Source of the DNA: Pseudomonadota bacterium
Lineage (GTDB): Bacteria; Pseudomonadota; Gammaproteobacteria; Pseudomonadales; Halieaceae
Reading direction: 5' to 3'
NCBI GenBank assembly: GCA_038746745.1
Contig: JBCDKJ010000016.1
Location: forward strand, 196 to 64,195
DNA length: 64,000 bases
Part shown: positions 23,018 to 32,086 of the stretch, in pieces
Layout of the letters: every line of letters starts with the position of its first letter
Position numbering within the stretch: the first letter of the stretch is position 1
Position numbers and translations under genes: made by a program
The notes under the pieces: generated by a model
The model's input: the letters and a program-made list of their open reading frames with translations, nothing else
Database searches by the model: none
What the model was told of the DNA's origin: nothing

Positions 23018-25177
23018 ATGCGTTACCACCCGGCTTCAAAGTTGTTGATTGTCTCTCTGCTTGCCGCGCTCGTGGCGGTGGCGGAAACGCCCATCGACAG
23101 CGCTGGTGGCAAGGATCAGCCTCGCCAGATTGAGACAGTGATCGTGGTCGGCGAGCGCCGTGATTTGCCACTGCTGCAGTCCACCAGCAGCGTTGCCATC
23201 TATGACGAAAAGGCGTTGGCGCGTGAGATTGGCCAAACCGTTAACGAAGTGTTGCAGTCTTCAGCCAACGTGCTGGTGCGTTCACTCAGCGAAGCGCCGA
23301 ATATTCGTGGTTCCGAGGGAGGCGGCCCGGGCGGTCTCGCGCAAACCGGTCTGGGTGGCACACAGCCGCGCATACCGCTGGTGATCGACGAAATCGCTCG
23401 CCCTGCCAATCTCGCCAATGCCGACTTCAACACCCTGTGGGACGTGAATCGAATCGAGGTTCTCAAAGGCACACAGACCAGCCTGCGAGGTCGCTCTGCC
23501 ATCGGTGGCGCGGTTATTGTGAAAACCAATGGCCCTACTTTTACGCCCGAGGGCGCAGTGGAAGTGATGGCCGAGGCCGACGGCTTCCACGGCACTACTT
23601 ATGTGGTTAATGGCATGGCGTCCGGTGGTGTCATCGACGATCGGCTGGCGCTGCGCGGCAGCCTCGAGTATCGCAGTGGCGATGACCCACGCGACATTAT
23701 CGACATTCTGCCGGGGCAGGAAGACAAGGTGGATGCCTTGACCGAATTTGAGCAGCTGCGGTTTCGGGGAAAGGCGCTGTTCCTGCCCGGCGGCGATGAC
23801 GGCCCCTGGACGGTCATGGGCATACTGGAGTTTCAGGACGGCCGCACGCCCCAGACCCGTGGCACGGTGTTGGCGGAAAACATCGAGGATCGAGAATTTA
23901 TGATGGGCGGCGGCTTGCGCCTGTTTGACACTAGCGCTTATACCTTAGGCCTGGACGTCAGCTATGACCTCGGCGATTTGGGTACGCTGCGCTCGATTAC
24001 CAGCGTTAGCGTATCTGAGTTTGAGAGTCGCGACGAGCAGCCGATTGCTCCGGCTCCACAGAACTTCTTCTTTGATTTTGAGGAGGACATCTTTAACCAG
24101 GACGTGATCTGGACCTTGCCAAACGCCTGGAGCGTCACCGGGCTTGCGGGCGCGTCCTTCTCCCATCGCGACCAGCAGTTTGACCTGATAAACGAGGTGC
24201 CGCCCCTGCCCAGTGGCTCGCTCAGTGGCGAAACCACCGGTACCCAGGACACCTGGTCGCTGTTCGCGGATCTACGCATACCGATATCCGAGCAGCTGAC
24301 TCTGCTGGCTGGCGGCAGGCTGCTTCACGATGATCTGGAACGCGATACGTTTATCGGGGTGTTAGCATTTCCGTCGCCGCCATTTCCTTTCACCACGCCG
24401 CCCACCACTCAGGTGTTCGCCTCCGACGAAACGGTCTTTCTGCCCATGCTGGGTATTCAGTATCAGCTAACAGAGCACAGCACTCTGGCGCTGACGGCTC
24501 GTGAGGGATGGAACGCGGGGGGTGCATCCATCCAGCTGTTTACTGGTGAACCTTTCACCTATGACTCGGAAGAGGTGCGAACGTACGAGGGCAGTTACCG
24601 ATTTGTTTCCGCCGATCAAAAATCCGTTCTGGGGATAACCGCGTTTTACAACCAGCAGGACGACACTCAGTACTTTCTGCAGCTACTACCGGGCGCGCTG
24701 GCGTCAACGCTGATAGTTAACTTGCCGGAAACCGAAAGCTATGGCCTGGAGCTGGAAGCCAGCACCACGCTGGCTGACAGCCTTGACCTGTTCCTGAGCC
24801 TGGGCGTATTGGAAACCGAAATCATCAACGCTATCCCTACCCGACCTGATCTGGAAGGGAACCGCGTAGGTCGCGACCCGGAGCTGACGGCCACCATTGG
24901 CTTTCACTGGCTACCGCCTGCTGTGAAGGGGCTGGCTGTATACGGTCAGGCCAGCTATGTGGGAGAGTTCTTTAATGATTTCAATAATTTTGAGGATCAA
25001 AAAATCGGAGACTATACCCTCGTGGATGTGGGCGCGAGCTTCGCTGTCAATGCTTTTGAAGTCCGTGGCTTTGTGAACAATCTGACCGATGAAGCAGGCG
25101 TTAATGCTCTGGTGTCCACGGTGGCGGAAATCACTTTGCCACGCACTTACGGGGTCTCGGTGACTACACGCTTCTAA
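23018..25177 (+). CDS. TonB-dependent receptor
   Basis: Signal peptide, plug domain (IETVIVVGERR...NIRGSEGGG...RIEVLKGTQTSLRGRSAIGGAV), a beta-barrel, and a C-terminal aromatic residue (...VSVTTRF). Confidence 0.93.
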   Translation: MRYHPASKLLIVSLLAALVAVAETPIDSAGGKDQPRQIETVIVVGERRDLPLLQSTSSVAIYDEKALAREIGQTVNEVLQSSANVLVRSLSEAPNIRGSEGGGPGGLAQTGLGGTQPRIPLVIDEIARPANLANADFNTLWDVNRIEVLKGTQTSLRGRSAIGGAVIVKTNGPTFTPEGAVEVMAEADGFHGTTYVVNGMASGGVIDDRLALRGSLEYRSGDDPRDIIDILPGQEDKVDALTEFEQLRFRGKALFLPGGDDGPWTVMGILEFQDGRTPQTRGTVLAENIEDREFMMGGGLRLFDTSAYTLGLDVSYDLGDLGTLRSITSVSVSEFESRDEQPIAPAPQNFFFDFEEDIFNQDVIWTLPNAWSVTGLAGASFSHRDQQFDLINEVPPLPSGSLSGETTGTQDTWSLFADLRIPISEQLTLLAGGRLLHDDLERDTFIGVLAFPSPPFPFTTPPTTQVFASDETVFLPMLGIQYQLTEHSTLALTAREGWNAGGASIQLFTGEPFTYDSEEVRTYEGSYRFVSADQKSVLGITAFYNQQDDTQYFLQLLPGALASTLIVNLPETESYGLELEASTTLADSLDLFLSLGVLETEIINAIPTRPDLEGNRVGRDPELTATIGFHWLPPAVKGLAVYGQASYVGEFFNDFNNFEDQKIGDYTLVDVGASFAVNAFEVRGFVNNLTDEAGVNALVSTVAEITLPRTYGVSVTTRF

Positions 25178-25204
25178 CTTTGAATGGCGCTCGGCAGTCG
25201 GCTC

Positions 25205-25945
25205 TCAAAGCAATCGCCATAGCGTATCGAACATCATTTGCTGGGTACTGGCGATAGCGGCTGACTCAATCACAATCACTACGGGGTAGTTTTTTTGCGC
25301 CAAAGTGATAATGGCGATCTTGGGCGGATAGATGGCGATATAGGAAGCGTCGCTGCCTTCTTCCGCGGGCAGCCATTTGCGTTCCGCCAGCTCGGCCTCA
25401 TCGCCGCCCTCGCCCACTGCGATGACCCGGACATGAATGCCGCGCTGCACGCGCTGTCGCGTAAAATTCGGAAAAGGTCGGTAGAGGTGCTCTCGCAGGG
25501 TCTTGGTAGAGATAACCGAATAGGCACGTTGTTCCGTGCGTTCATTGGTGTCCAATAAATCGCGCAGTACCAGCTCAACGCCATCATCGCCCTGATAAAA
25601 CCGCACATTGTCTGGCAGCGACGCGGGCTGCACGGCCTTGAGCGCGGGTATGATGTCGCGGCGCAGTGCCTCCATGGCCTGCCCCAATGCCTGCTGTTTA
25701 CTCTCGCCCAGTGCCAGTAGCCGGTCTGGGTCCTCTGCCTGAAACACGCGACGTTTTCCTCGGGGTGCGTAGCTGACAATGCCCCGCGTCGCCAGCAGCT
25801 TAAGGGTTTCATAGGTGCTGCCCCGATTGATGCCCGCTTCCGCTGCGATATCTCGAATAGACGCGGGGCCCAGCTGCAGCAGCGCGTGGTAAACAAGCAC
25901 CTCCCGGTCGCTCAGATCCAACGCCCGCAGGCTGTCCAATTGCAT
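25205..25945 (-). CDS. TrmB-family (winged-helix) transcriptional regulator
   Basis: N-terminal LSDREVLVYHALLQLGPASIRDIAAEAGINRGSTYETLKLLATRGIV resembles a TrmB HTH. Start taken at MQLDSLRAL (25945); the track ORF extends to 25996. Confidence 0.7.
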   Translation of the reverse strand: MQLDSLRALDLSDREVLVYHALLQLGPASIRDIAAEAGINRGSTYETLKLLATRGIVSYAPRGKRRVFQAEDPDRLLALGESKQQALGQAMEALRRDIIPALKAVQPASLPDNVRFYQGDDGVELVLRDLLDTNERTEQRAYSVISTKTLREHLYRPFPNFTRQRVQRGIHVRVIAVGEGGDEAELAERKWLPAEEGSDASYIAIYPPKIAIITLAQKNYPVVIVIESAAIASTQQMMFDTLWRLL

Positions 25946-25990
25946 GTTATCGTCGCCTCCAGGGCAGCCTGATGCGCGCTGCCGGGTGGT

Positions 25991-26009
25991 TGTCAAAAAA
26001 TCTATGACA
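25991..26009. promoter_or_regulatory. Palindromic operator candidate 1 (TGTCA-N9-TGACA)
   Basis: TGTCAAAAAATCTATGACA, 46 nt upstream of the TrmB-like gene start. Confidence 0.4.
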
Positions 26010-26063
26010 AACTTGGTTGTAAAGACTAAATGCCCAAAAGATAATGGCTTTGAGCCAGCTCAA

Positions 26064-26082
26064 TGTCAAAAATCTCATGACA
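26064..26082. promoter_or_regulatory. Palindromic operator candidate 2 (TGTCA-N9-TGACA)
   Basis: TGTCAAAAATCTCATGACA, 68 nt upstream of the glmU ATG and 73 bp centre-to-centre from site 1. Confidence 0.4.
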
Positions 26083-26149
26083 TTGGGCTGCTGAACAGGC
26101 GCTCCTTGGCATCAGAAGGTGGGCCGGTAATAACGTACCAGGACGCCGT

Positions 26150-27553
26150 ATGAAGCTCGACATTATTATTCTTGCCGCGGGGGCGGGTACCCGCATGCAG
26201 TCATCGCGTCCCAAAGTACTGCACGCGATGGGTGGTATGCCTTTGCTGCAGCATGTGATCAACAGTGCCTGGTCGCTGTCGCCCCGAGCCTGCCATGTCG
26301 TCGTGGGGCATGAGGCTGATCAGGTCAAACAAGCGTTTGCGGGTGCATCTCTGCACTGGGTGCATCAGGATCAGCAGCTCGGGACCGGGCACGCCGTGGA
26401 GCAGGCCCTGCCCTCCATCGACGACGACGCGACCGTACTGGTGCTCTACGGTGATGTGCCATTAGTTAACCCGGACACCCTCAAGCTATTGCTGGCAGAG
26501 GCAATGACTGGCCCGGCACTGCTGACAGCACGCGTGAATGACCCGCATGGCTACGGGCGCATCGTGCGCACTCGCAAGGGTAAGCTGGTCGGTGTCGTGG
26601 AGCAGCGCGATGCCTCTGCCAAAGAGCTTTTAATCACTGAGATTAACACCGGGATCCTGGCGGCGCCGGCTCACCACCTGAAGCAGCTGCTGCCCCAGGT
26701 CAGTAACGATAACGCCCAGGGCGAGTTCTACCTGCCTGATATTTTCAGCCTGGCGATACGGGAAGGCATACCGGTGGCAACGGCGTCAGCGCCCTCAGAA
26801 ATCGAAATTATGGGCGTAAACGACCGGGTCCAACTCAATCGCATGGAGCGTGAGTACCAGTGCCGACTGGCGGCGGACCTGCTGCGGCAAGGCGTGGCCG
26901 TTGCCGACACGCAGCGCCTGGATATACGCGGTCAATTGCACTGCGGCAATGACGTCTCGATAGATATCAACTGCCTGTTTGAAGGACGCAATCAACTCGC
27001 AGACGGCGTGAGCATCGGGGCGCACTGCGTTTTGATCGATTGTGATATTGGCGCCGGAACGGTTGTACAGCCGTTCTCACATCTGCAGGGCGTGACGACA
27101 GCAGCGGGTTGCAGCATAGGCCCGTTTGCCCGTCTGCGTCCGCAAACGGAACTCGCCGCAGACGTGCGCATAGGTAATTTTGTCGAGACCAAAAAGTCGA
27201 CGCTGGGCACCGGCAGTAAGGTGAATCACTTGAGCTACGTGGGTGATACCGAGATGGGTGAGGGCGTGAATGTCGGCGCGGGCACCATTACCTGCAACTA
27301 CGATGGCAGCAGCAAACATCAAACCACCCTTGGTGACTATGTCTTTGTGGGCTCCAACTCCACGCTAGTGGCGCCTGTCTCCGTTGAGGATGGTGGCTTT
27401 ATCGGAGCTGGATCCACTATCACCAAGCATGTGTCGAAGAGCCAGCTGGCCGTATCGCGGGCACGACAGCGCAATCTCGACGGCTGGCAGCGCCCTGGTA
27501 ACGCGGATACCGAAGCGTCGGCGCCCGCGCCAGACCGTGACGAGGAACACTGA
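26150..27553 (+). CDS. glmU: Bifunctional UDP-N-acetylglucosamine pyrophosphorylase / glucosamine-1-phosphate N-acetyltransferase
   Basis: N-terminal ILAAGAGTRM...PKVLH and C-terminal left-handed beta-helix hexapeptide repeats. Confidence 0.98.
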   Translation: MKLDIIILAAGAGTRMQSSRPKVLHAMGGMPLLQHVINSAWSLSPRACHVVVGHEADQVKQAFAGASLHWVHQDQQLGTGHAVEQALPSIDDDATVLVLYGDVPLVNPDTLKLLLAEAMTGPALLTARVNDPHGYGRIVRTRKGKLVGVVEQRDASAKELLITEINTGILAAPAHHLKQLLPQVSNDNAQGEFYLPDIFSLAIREGIPVATASAPSEIEIMGVNDRVQLNRMEREYQCRLAADLLRQGVAVADTQRLDIRGQLHCGNDVSIDINCLFEGRNQLADGVSIGAHCVLIDCDIGAGTVVQPFSHLQGVTTAAGCSIGPFARLRPQTELAADVRIGNFVETKKSTLGTGSKVNHLSYVGDTEMGEGVNVGAGTITCNYDGSSKHQTTLGDYVFVGSNSTLVAPVSVEDGGFIGAGSTITKHVSKSQLAVSRARQRNLDGWQRPGNADTEASAPAPDRDEEH

Positions 27554-27563
27554 GTAGACAGCC

Positions 27564-29408
27564 ATGTGCGGCATAGTAGGGGCTGCGGCACGCCGTGAGG
27601 TGTCTGAAATTCTATTGGAAGGTCTGCGGCGCCTTGAATACCGCGGCTACGATTCGGCGGGGCTAGCGCTGGTCGATAACGATGGCAGTTTGCTGGTACA
27701 CAAACAGACCGGCAAAGTCGCAGCGCTGGAAGTCCAGCAAGCACAACAACCGATTTATGGCTGTACCGGTATCGCGCACACTCGCTGGGCGACTCACGGC
27801 AAACCAAGTCAGGTTAATGCGCACCCTCACACCGCCGACAATCAGTTGGCTATTGTTCATAACGGCATCATTGAGAATCACAGCGCCCTGCGCGCCGAAC
27901 TCGATGCCGCCGACTGCACACCCTTGTCTGAGACCGACTCAGAGCTGGTCGCCCTGCTGTTGTCGCGAGCGCTCGCACAGGGCAGTGATCTGCTTGGCGC
28001 CATGCAGCAAGTGGTGCCGCAACTGCAAGGCGCGTTCGCGCTGGCCGCTACAGATGCGCGCTACCCCGATCAGCTGGTAGCGGCTCGCCGCGGCAGCCCG
28101 CTTGTCATCGGCGTAGGCATCGGCGAAAACTTTCTGGCCTCTGATCAACTCGCTCTGCGTCAGGTAACCGATAGTTTTATTTACCTGGAAGAGGGTGATA
28201 TCGCGCTGCTGACACCGGCCTCCGTGGCCCTGTTCGACAGCGACGGCGCTGCGGTAGAGCGACCCGTCGAAAGCCTGTCTGATGTGGTGGAAAGTGCAGA
28301 CCGTGGTCAACACAGTCATTTCATGTACAAGGAGATTTTCGAGCAGCCCGACGCTATCGAAGCGACCCTGCATGCTGCCTTGCCTGCCGATGGCATCGAT
28401 GCTGCGCGGCTGGATGCCGCATTTGGAGCCGGTGCTGCCACTGTGTTTCCCGAGGTTAAAGGCGTTCAGATTGTGGCCTGCGGAACCAGCTTCCATGCCG
28501 GCCTTGTGGCGCGGTACTGGTTGGAGGAGTGGGCGGGAGTACCCTGTGAGGTCGAGGTCGCCAGCGAGTTTCGCTATCGGCGCCGGGTCGCGCATGCCAA
28601 TACTTTGCTGGTGACGGTATCTCAGTCGGGTGAAACTGCTGATACGCTGGCTGCGCTGCGAAATGTAAAGGATGGCGAATTTATCGCCAGCCTGGCGATT
28701 GTGAATACGGCCAATAGCGCCCTGCAGAGAGAGTCTGAGCTGGTATTTCAAACCCGCGCTGGGGTTGAGATCGGCGTGGCCTCCACTAAAGCCTTTACCA
28801 CGCAGCTCGCTGCATTCCTGTTATTGACGCTGGCCTTGGGTCGGCACGGACGGCTTGATCATCAGGCGTGCCTGCGATTTGCAGACACCTTGCGAGAAGT
28901 ACCCGGATTGATTCGCAACACGCTCAGTGCTGATGCCGCCGTGCGGCAAGTGTCAGAGGAGTTTGTGGGCCGCTTTAATAGCCTTTTTCTGGGGCGTGGC
29001 ATTCATTACCCCATTGCCCTGGAAGGCGCATTGAAGCTCAAGGAAATCTCTTACATCCACGCCGAGGCCTATCCCGCAGGCGAGCTAAAGCATGGCCCCC
29101 TGGCACTGGTAGATCGCGACATGCCGGTGGTGGCGGTAGCGCCTAGCAATGAACTCCTGGAAAAACTCAAATCCAACCTGGAAGAGGTGCGCGCGCGCGG
29201 GGGCGAACTCTACGTGTTTGCTGACGAAGAGGCAGGCTTTGAAAGCGAAGCCAGTGTCCGCGTTATCGATGTGCCGCACGGACCCGCGTTGATTATGCCC
29301 TTTATTCACACAGTGGCCCTGCAGTTGTTGGCATACCATGTAGCCGATATGAAGGGCACGGATGTCGATCAGCCCCGCAACCTCGCAAAATCTGTCACTG
29401 TTGAGTGA
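27564..29408 (+). CDS. glmS: Glutamine--fructose-6-phosphate aminotransferase
   Basis: MCGIVG Ntn-amidotransferase start, two SIS domains, and the conserved C-terminal ...PRNLAKSVTVE. Confidence 0.99.
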   Translation: MCGIVGAAARREVSEILLEGLRRLEYRGYDSAGLALVDNDGSLLVHKQTGKVAALEVQQAQQPIYGCTGIAHTRWATHGKPSQVNAHPHTADNQLAIVHNGIIENHSALRAELDAADCTPLSETDSELVALLLSRALAQGSDLLGAMQQVVPQLQGAFALAATDARYPDQLVAARRGSPLVIGVGIGENFLASDQLALRQVTDSFIYLEEGDIALLTPASVALFDSDGAAVERPVESLSDVVESADRGQHSHFMYKEIFEQPDAIEATLHAALPADGIDAARLDAAFGAGAATVFPEVKGVQIVACGTSFHAGLVARYWLEEWAGVPCEVEVASEFRYRRRVAHANTLLVTVSQSGETADTLAALRNVKDGEFIASLAIVNTANSALQRESELVFQTRAGVEIGVASTKAFTTQLAAFLLLTLALGRHGRLDHQACLRFADTLREVPGLIRNTLSADAAVRQVSEEFVGRFNSLFLGRGIHYPIALEGALKLKEISYIHAEAYPAGELKHGPLALVDRDMPVVAVAPSNELLEKLKSNLEEVRARGGELYVFADEEAGFESEASVRVIDVPHGPALIMPFIHTVALQLLAYHVADMKGTDVDQPRNLAKSVTVE

Positions 29409-29443
29409 GGGCTTGGTAATTGGCAAGGCTAAAAGGTACTACC

Positions 29444-30004
29444 ATGTTTATGTCGCAACTGGAGCTTGAGGAGGGCGTGGAGCACGTCAGGCGCTCACCC
29501 AAAGACCACGGCACCATTGAACAGATTGTCTGTCGGCCAGAGGTAGACGCCAGGCAAGTGCTGACGGAGGCAGAGCTGGCGGTTGATGCCGGGCTGGTGG
29601 GCGATAACTGGCTGGCCCGGGGCTACCGCAAGCGTGAAGACGGCAGTGCACACCCGGATATGCAATTGAATCTGATGAATGCGCGCGCAATCGCGCTCAT
29701 TGCCCAAACCCGTGAGCGTTGGTCACTAGCCGGGGATCAGTTTTATGTGGACCTCGACCTGAGCTACGACAATCTGCCGCCGGGAACCCGGCTGCGGTTG
29801 GGAGACCACGCTGTTATTGAGGTAACGGCAGAGCCGCACCTAGGTTGCGCGAAATTTATGGAGAGGTTTGGACGGGATGCAGCGCGCTTTGTTAATTCGG
29901 AGCTTGGAAAAGCGCTCAACCTGCGCGGTATTAATGCCAGGGTGGTGTCCCCGGGGAGCTTGCAAGTTGGGGCGCCTGTTAGCAAGGTCTCGCCCCAACT
30001 CTGA
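29444..30004 (+). CDS. MOSC domain-containing protein
   Basis: MOSC-like beta-barrel sequence with the conserved Cys context EPHLGCAKF. ATG 29444 has an AAGG 8 nt upstream; the track start 29420 is TTG. Confidence 0.8.
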   Translation: MFMSQLELEEGVEHVRRSPKDHGTIEQIVCRPEVDARQVLTEAELAVDAGLVGDNWLARGYRKREDGSAHPDMQLNLMNARAIALIAQTRERWSLAGDQFYVDLDLSYDNLPPGTRLRLGDHAVIEVTAEPHLGCAKFMERFGRDAARFVNSELGKALNLRGINARVVSPGSLQVGAPVSKVSPQL

Positions 30005-30010
30005 CAGCCG

Positions 30011-30262
30011 CTAGTTTGTTTCTTTACGATTAAAGCGCTTGTTGAACTTGGCGATACGGCCATCGTTCTGTGCAACGCGCTGCTTGCCTGTGTAGAAGGG
30101 GTGCGAGGCGCTGGACACGTCAATGGTCATGTAGGGATACGTTTTGCCTTCGTATTCCTGCGTTTTTGAGGTCTCAACAGTAGAGCCGATAACAAAATAT
30201 GTGTCTGAGGCGGTGTCGTGAAACAACACGTCTCGATACTCCGGATGAATGTCCTTTCGCAT
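30011..30262 (-). CDS. rpmE2: 50S ribosomal protein L31 type B (zinc-independent paralog)
   Basis: [17 protein letters not shown]...[21 protein letters not shown] matches the YkgM-type L31. It lacks the CxxC zinc ribbon of type A. Confidence 0.93.
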   Translation of the reverse strand: MRKDIHPEYRDVLFHDTASDTYFVIGSTVETSKTQEYEGKTYPYMTIDVSSASHPFYTGKQRVAQNDGRIAKFNKRFNRKETN

Positions 30263-30293
30263 AGCGATGGTCTCTGATCAAATTTTGGGAGCG

Positions 30294-30311
30294 GGATGAT
30301 ATGCGATATCG
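30294..30311 (-). promoter_or_regulatory. Shared 18-nt motif copy A (candidate Zur/Fur-family operator) upstream of rpmE2
   Basis: GGATGATATGCGATATCG (plus-strand reading) lies 32-49 nt upstream of the rpmE2 ATG. It contains the palindrome GATAT-GCG-ATATC and matches the copy at 31820-31837 at 14/18 positions. Confidence 0.35.
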
Positions 30312-30541
30312 GCCCGTGTTGCTAGCGTAGTATGGCTTGCGGGCGAATCGCTTACGGGGCTCTTTACGATCCGTATGGTAGCTAATTGTAGTGGCGAATC
30401 AGAGTGGCCAGTTAGCTCAACCCGTGGGCTTGCGGAATAGCAACGTGTCTGGACGAGATATATCGTCCCTGGATTGCAGTTGAAGCCGGGCTCAGCGATT
30501 AGCAGTGCTGGCAGCAGGCATTACCCGGTGTTGGAGGAACC

Positions 30542-31306
30542 ATGGATATTCACAAGCTCTTCGACGACAAGTCAGATATTTATGCGCAGGCACGCCCCCG
30601 CTATCCCCAGGCGCTGTACAAGTGGCTTGCCGAACAGTGTCCCTCTCACTCGGCGGTATGGGATGTAGGTTGTGGTAGCGGGCAGGCTGCTCTCGATCTG
30701 CGTGGGTATTTCGAGACGGTTCAGGCCACGGACGTCAGCCCCTCTCAGATCGAAAACGCGCCGGCAACAGCAGGCGTTACCTTCTCCGTGCAACCCGCAG
30801 AGTCAACGAACTTTGCCGATCAGACCTTTGATGCGGTGTTTGTAGCGCAGGCCCTGCACTGGTTTGACCATAGCAAGTTCTGGCCTGAGGTAATGCGCGT
30901 GCTTAAGCCAAACGGTGTTTTTGCGGCGTGGGGATATAGCTGGCCGCATATCGACCCGGAGACCGATCAATTACTCGATGAGAGTCTGCTCTCGGTGATT
31001 CGTTCTCATTGGGCCGTGCAGAATCAGCTGCTTTGGGATCGGTATGAAGGCGTCGCTTCCCCGTTTAAGCCTTTGCCAGTACCCGAGTTTGAGCTGATCG
31101 TGTCCTGGTCGTTGAAACAGTTCTTCGCCTATCTGCACAGCTGGTCAGCGACCCGCCGCTGCATGGATGTGCAGGGCGATGACTTTTTCGAAAATAGCTA
31201 CCGTCAGCTATCCCAGCAATGGGTCCCTGAAGAGATACGTGAGGTGACAATGGACTTTGTTGTTATCGCTGGTATTAACGCGTCGCCTGATTCCGATGGT
31301 GAGTGA
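30542..31306 (+). CDS. Class I SAM-dependent methyltransferase
   Basis: SAM motif I VWDVGCGSGQAALDL and a Methyltransf_11-like layout. Confidence 0.85.
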   Translation: MDIHKLFDDKSDIYAQARPRYPQALYKWLAEQCPSHSAVWDVGCGSGQAALDLRGYFETVQATDVSPSQIENAPATAGVTFSVQPAESTNFADQTFDAVFVAQALHWFDHSKFWPEVMRVLKPNGVFAAWGYSWPHIDPETDQLLDESLLSVIRSHWAVQNQLLWDRYEGVASPFKPLPVPEFELIVSWSLKQFFAYLHSWSATRRCMDVQGDDFFENSYRQLSQQWVPEEIREVTMDFVVIAGINASPDSDGE

Positions 31307-31591
31307 AATCGACGGCTTCAGAAGTTCAATTGTCATGGCCTTCGGCATTGATGCAAAGCGGCGGAGAAATTGCGCCGAGAAATATAAGACTGCTTCGACT
31401 TTGCTTTCATCTGGCGAAGCTGGGTAGGTCGCAAAGCGTAGGGACGCCGAAACACTGTAGCGTTTCGTATGGCGCAATCGTCCCAGTTGGCAGAGAGAAT
31501 TGGTACGCGTCCACCGTTACTCTTACTTCAATGGCGTGTTAGATCAGTACCGCCAAAGCGAAGGCGCCTGGGCTATGACGAGCCAGGAGAC

Positions 31592-31738
31592 TCATCGCTT
31601 CTTCTTTTTAGGCCGCCCCTGTACCGCTTTAAAGCGAGGGTTGGACTTACAAATCACGTAAGTCCGGCCTCGGCGCTTCACTACCTGGCAGTCCGGGTGA
31701 CGGGATTTTGCTGTTTTCAGCGAGCTAACGACTTTCAC
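31592..31738 (-). CDS. rpmJ2: 50S ribosomal protein L36 type B (zinc-independent paralog); absent from the ORF track (48 aa)
   Basis: My own translation from a GTG start gives [48 protein letters not shown]. This is nearly identical in pattern to YkgO-type L36 (MKVL.SL...[28 protein letters not shown]). Confidence 0.9.
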   Translation of the reverse strand: MKVVSSLKTAKSRHPDCQVVKRRGRTYVICKSNPRFKAVQGRPKKKKR

Positions 31739-31819
31739 TGCAGATCGTCCTCTTATTGTCAGAGTCAAATGTTCCTGGGCCAGTGACTGCCGCCGCCAGA
31801 GCGACTCACGGCAAAGAAC

Positions 31820-31837
31820 GGATGATACAAGATACCG
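31820..31837 (-). promoter_or_regulatory. Shared 18-nt motif copy B upstream of rpmJ2
   Basis: GGATGATACAAGATACCG lies 82-99 nt upstream of the rpmJ2 GTG. A nearby Fur-like palindrome AATGA-TTC-TCATT is at 31848-31860. Confidence 0.3.
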
Positions 31838-32086
31838 TATAAATGTAAATGATTCTCATTCAGTGAGAAACAGCGATAGGCTTTCACTGCGGTGCGAGAC
31901 AACATGACGATTAGTGGGCAGGCGCTGGTCTCTCTGCTCTTTTCATCTAGACACTGCTGTCCTTTAAACGAGTGTTTTGCAAGGGTGCCTTGAAGCAGCA
32001 GCGATGGACGATAGAAAAGTTCGACTGAACTGAAGTGACGTCGGTGGTCTAAGCGCTGACACATAGAGCAATATCAGGAGGTACAG

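Noticed and set aside
29409-29443. attTn7-type insertion site downstream of glmS, as a possible Tn7-like or CRISPR-associated transposon.
   Set aside because: Only 35 nt separate glmS from the next ordinary gene. There are no tns genes, cas genes, CRISPR repeats or Tn7-end repeats anywhere in the window.
31469-32064. ORFs 31469-31786 (+, 105 aa) and 31765-32064 (-, 99 aa) around the L36B gene.
   Set aside because: The first overlaps rpmJ2 antisense. The second covers the rpmJ2 promoter region. Both lack Shine-Dalgarno sequences and family features.
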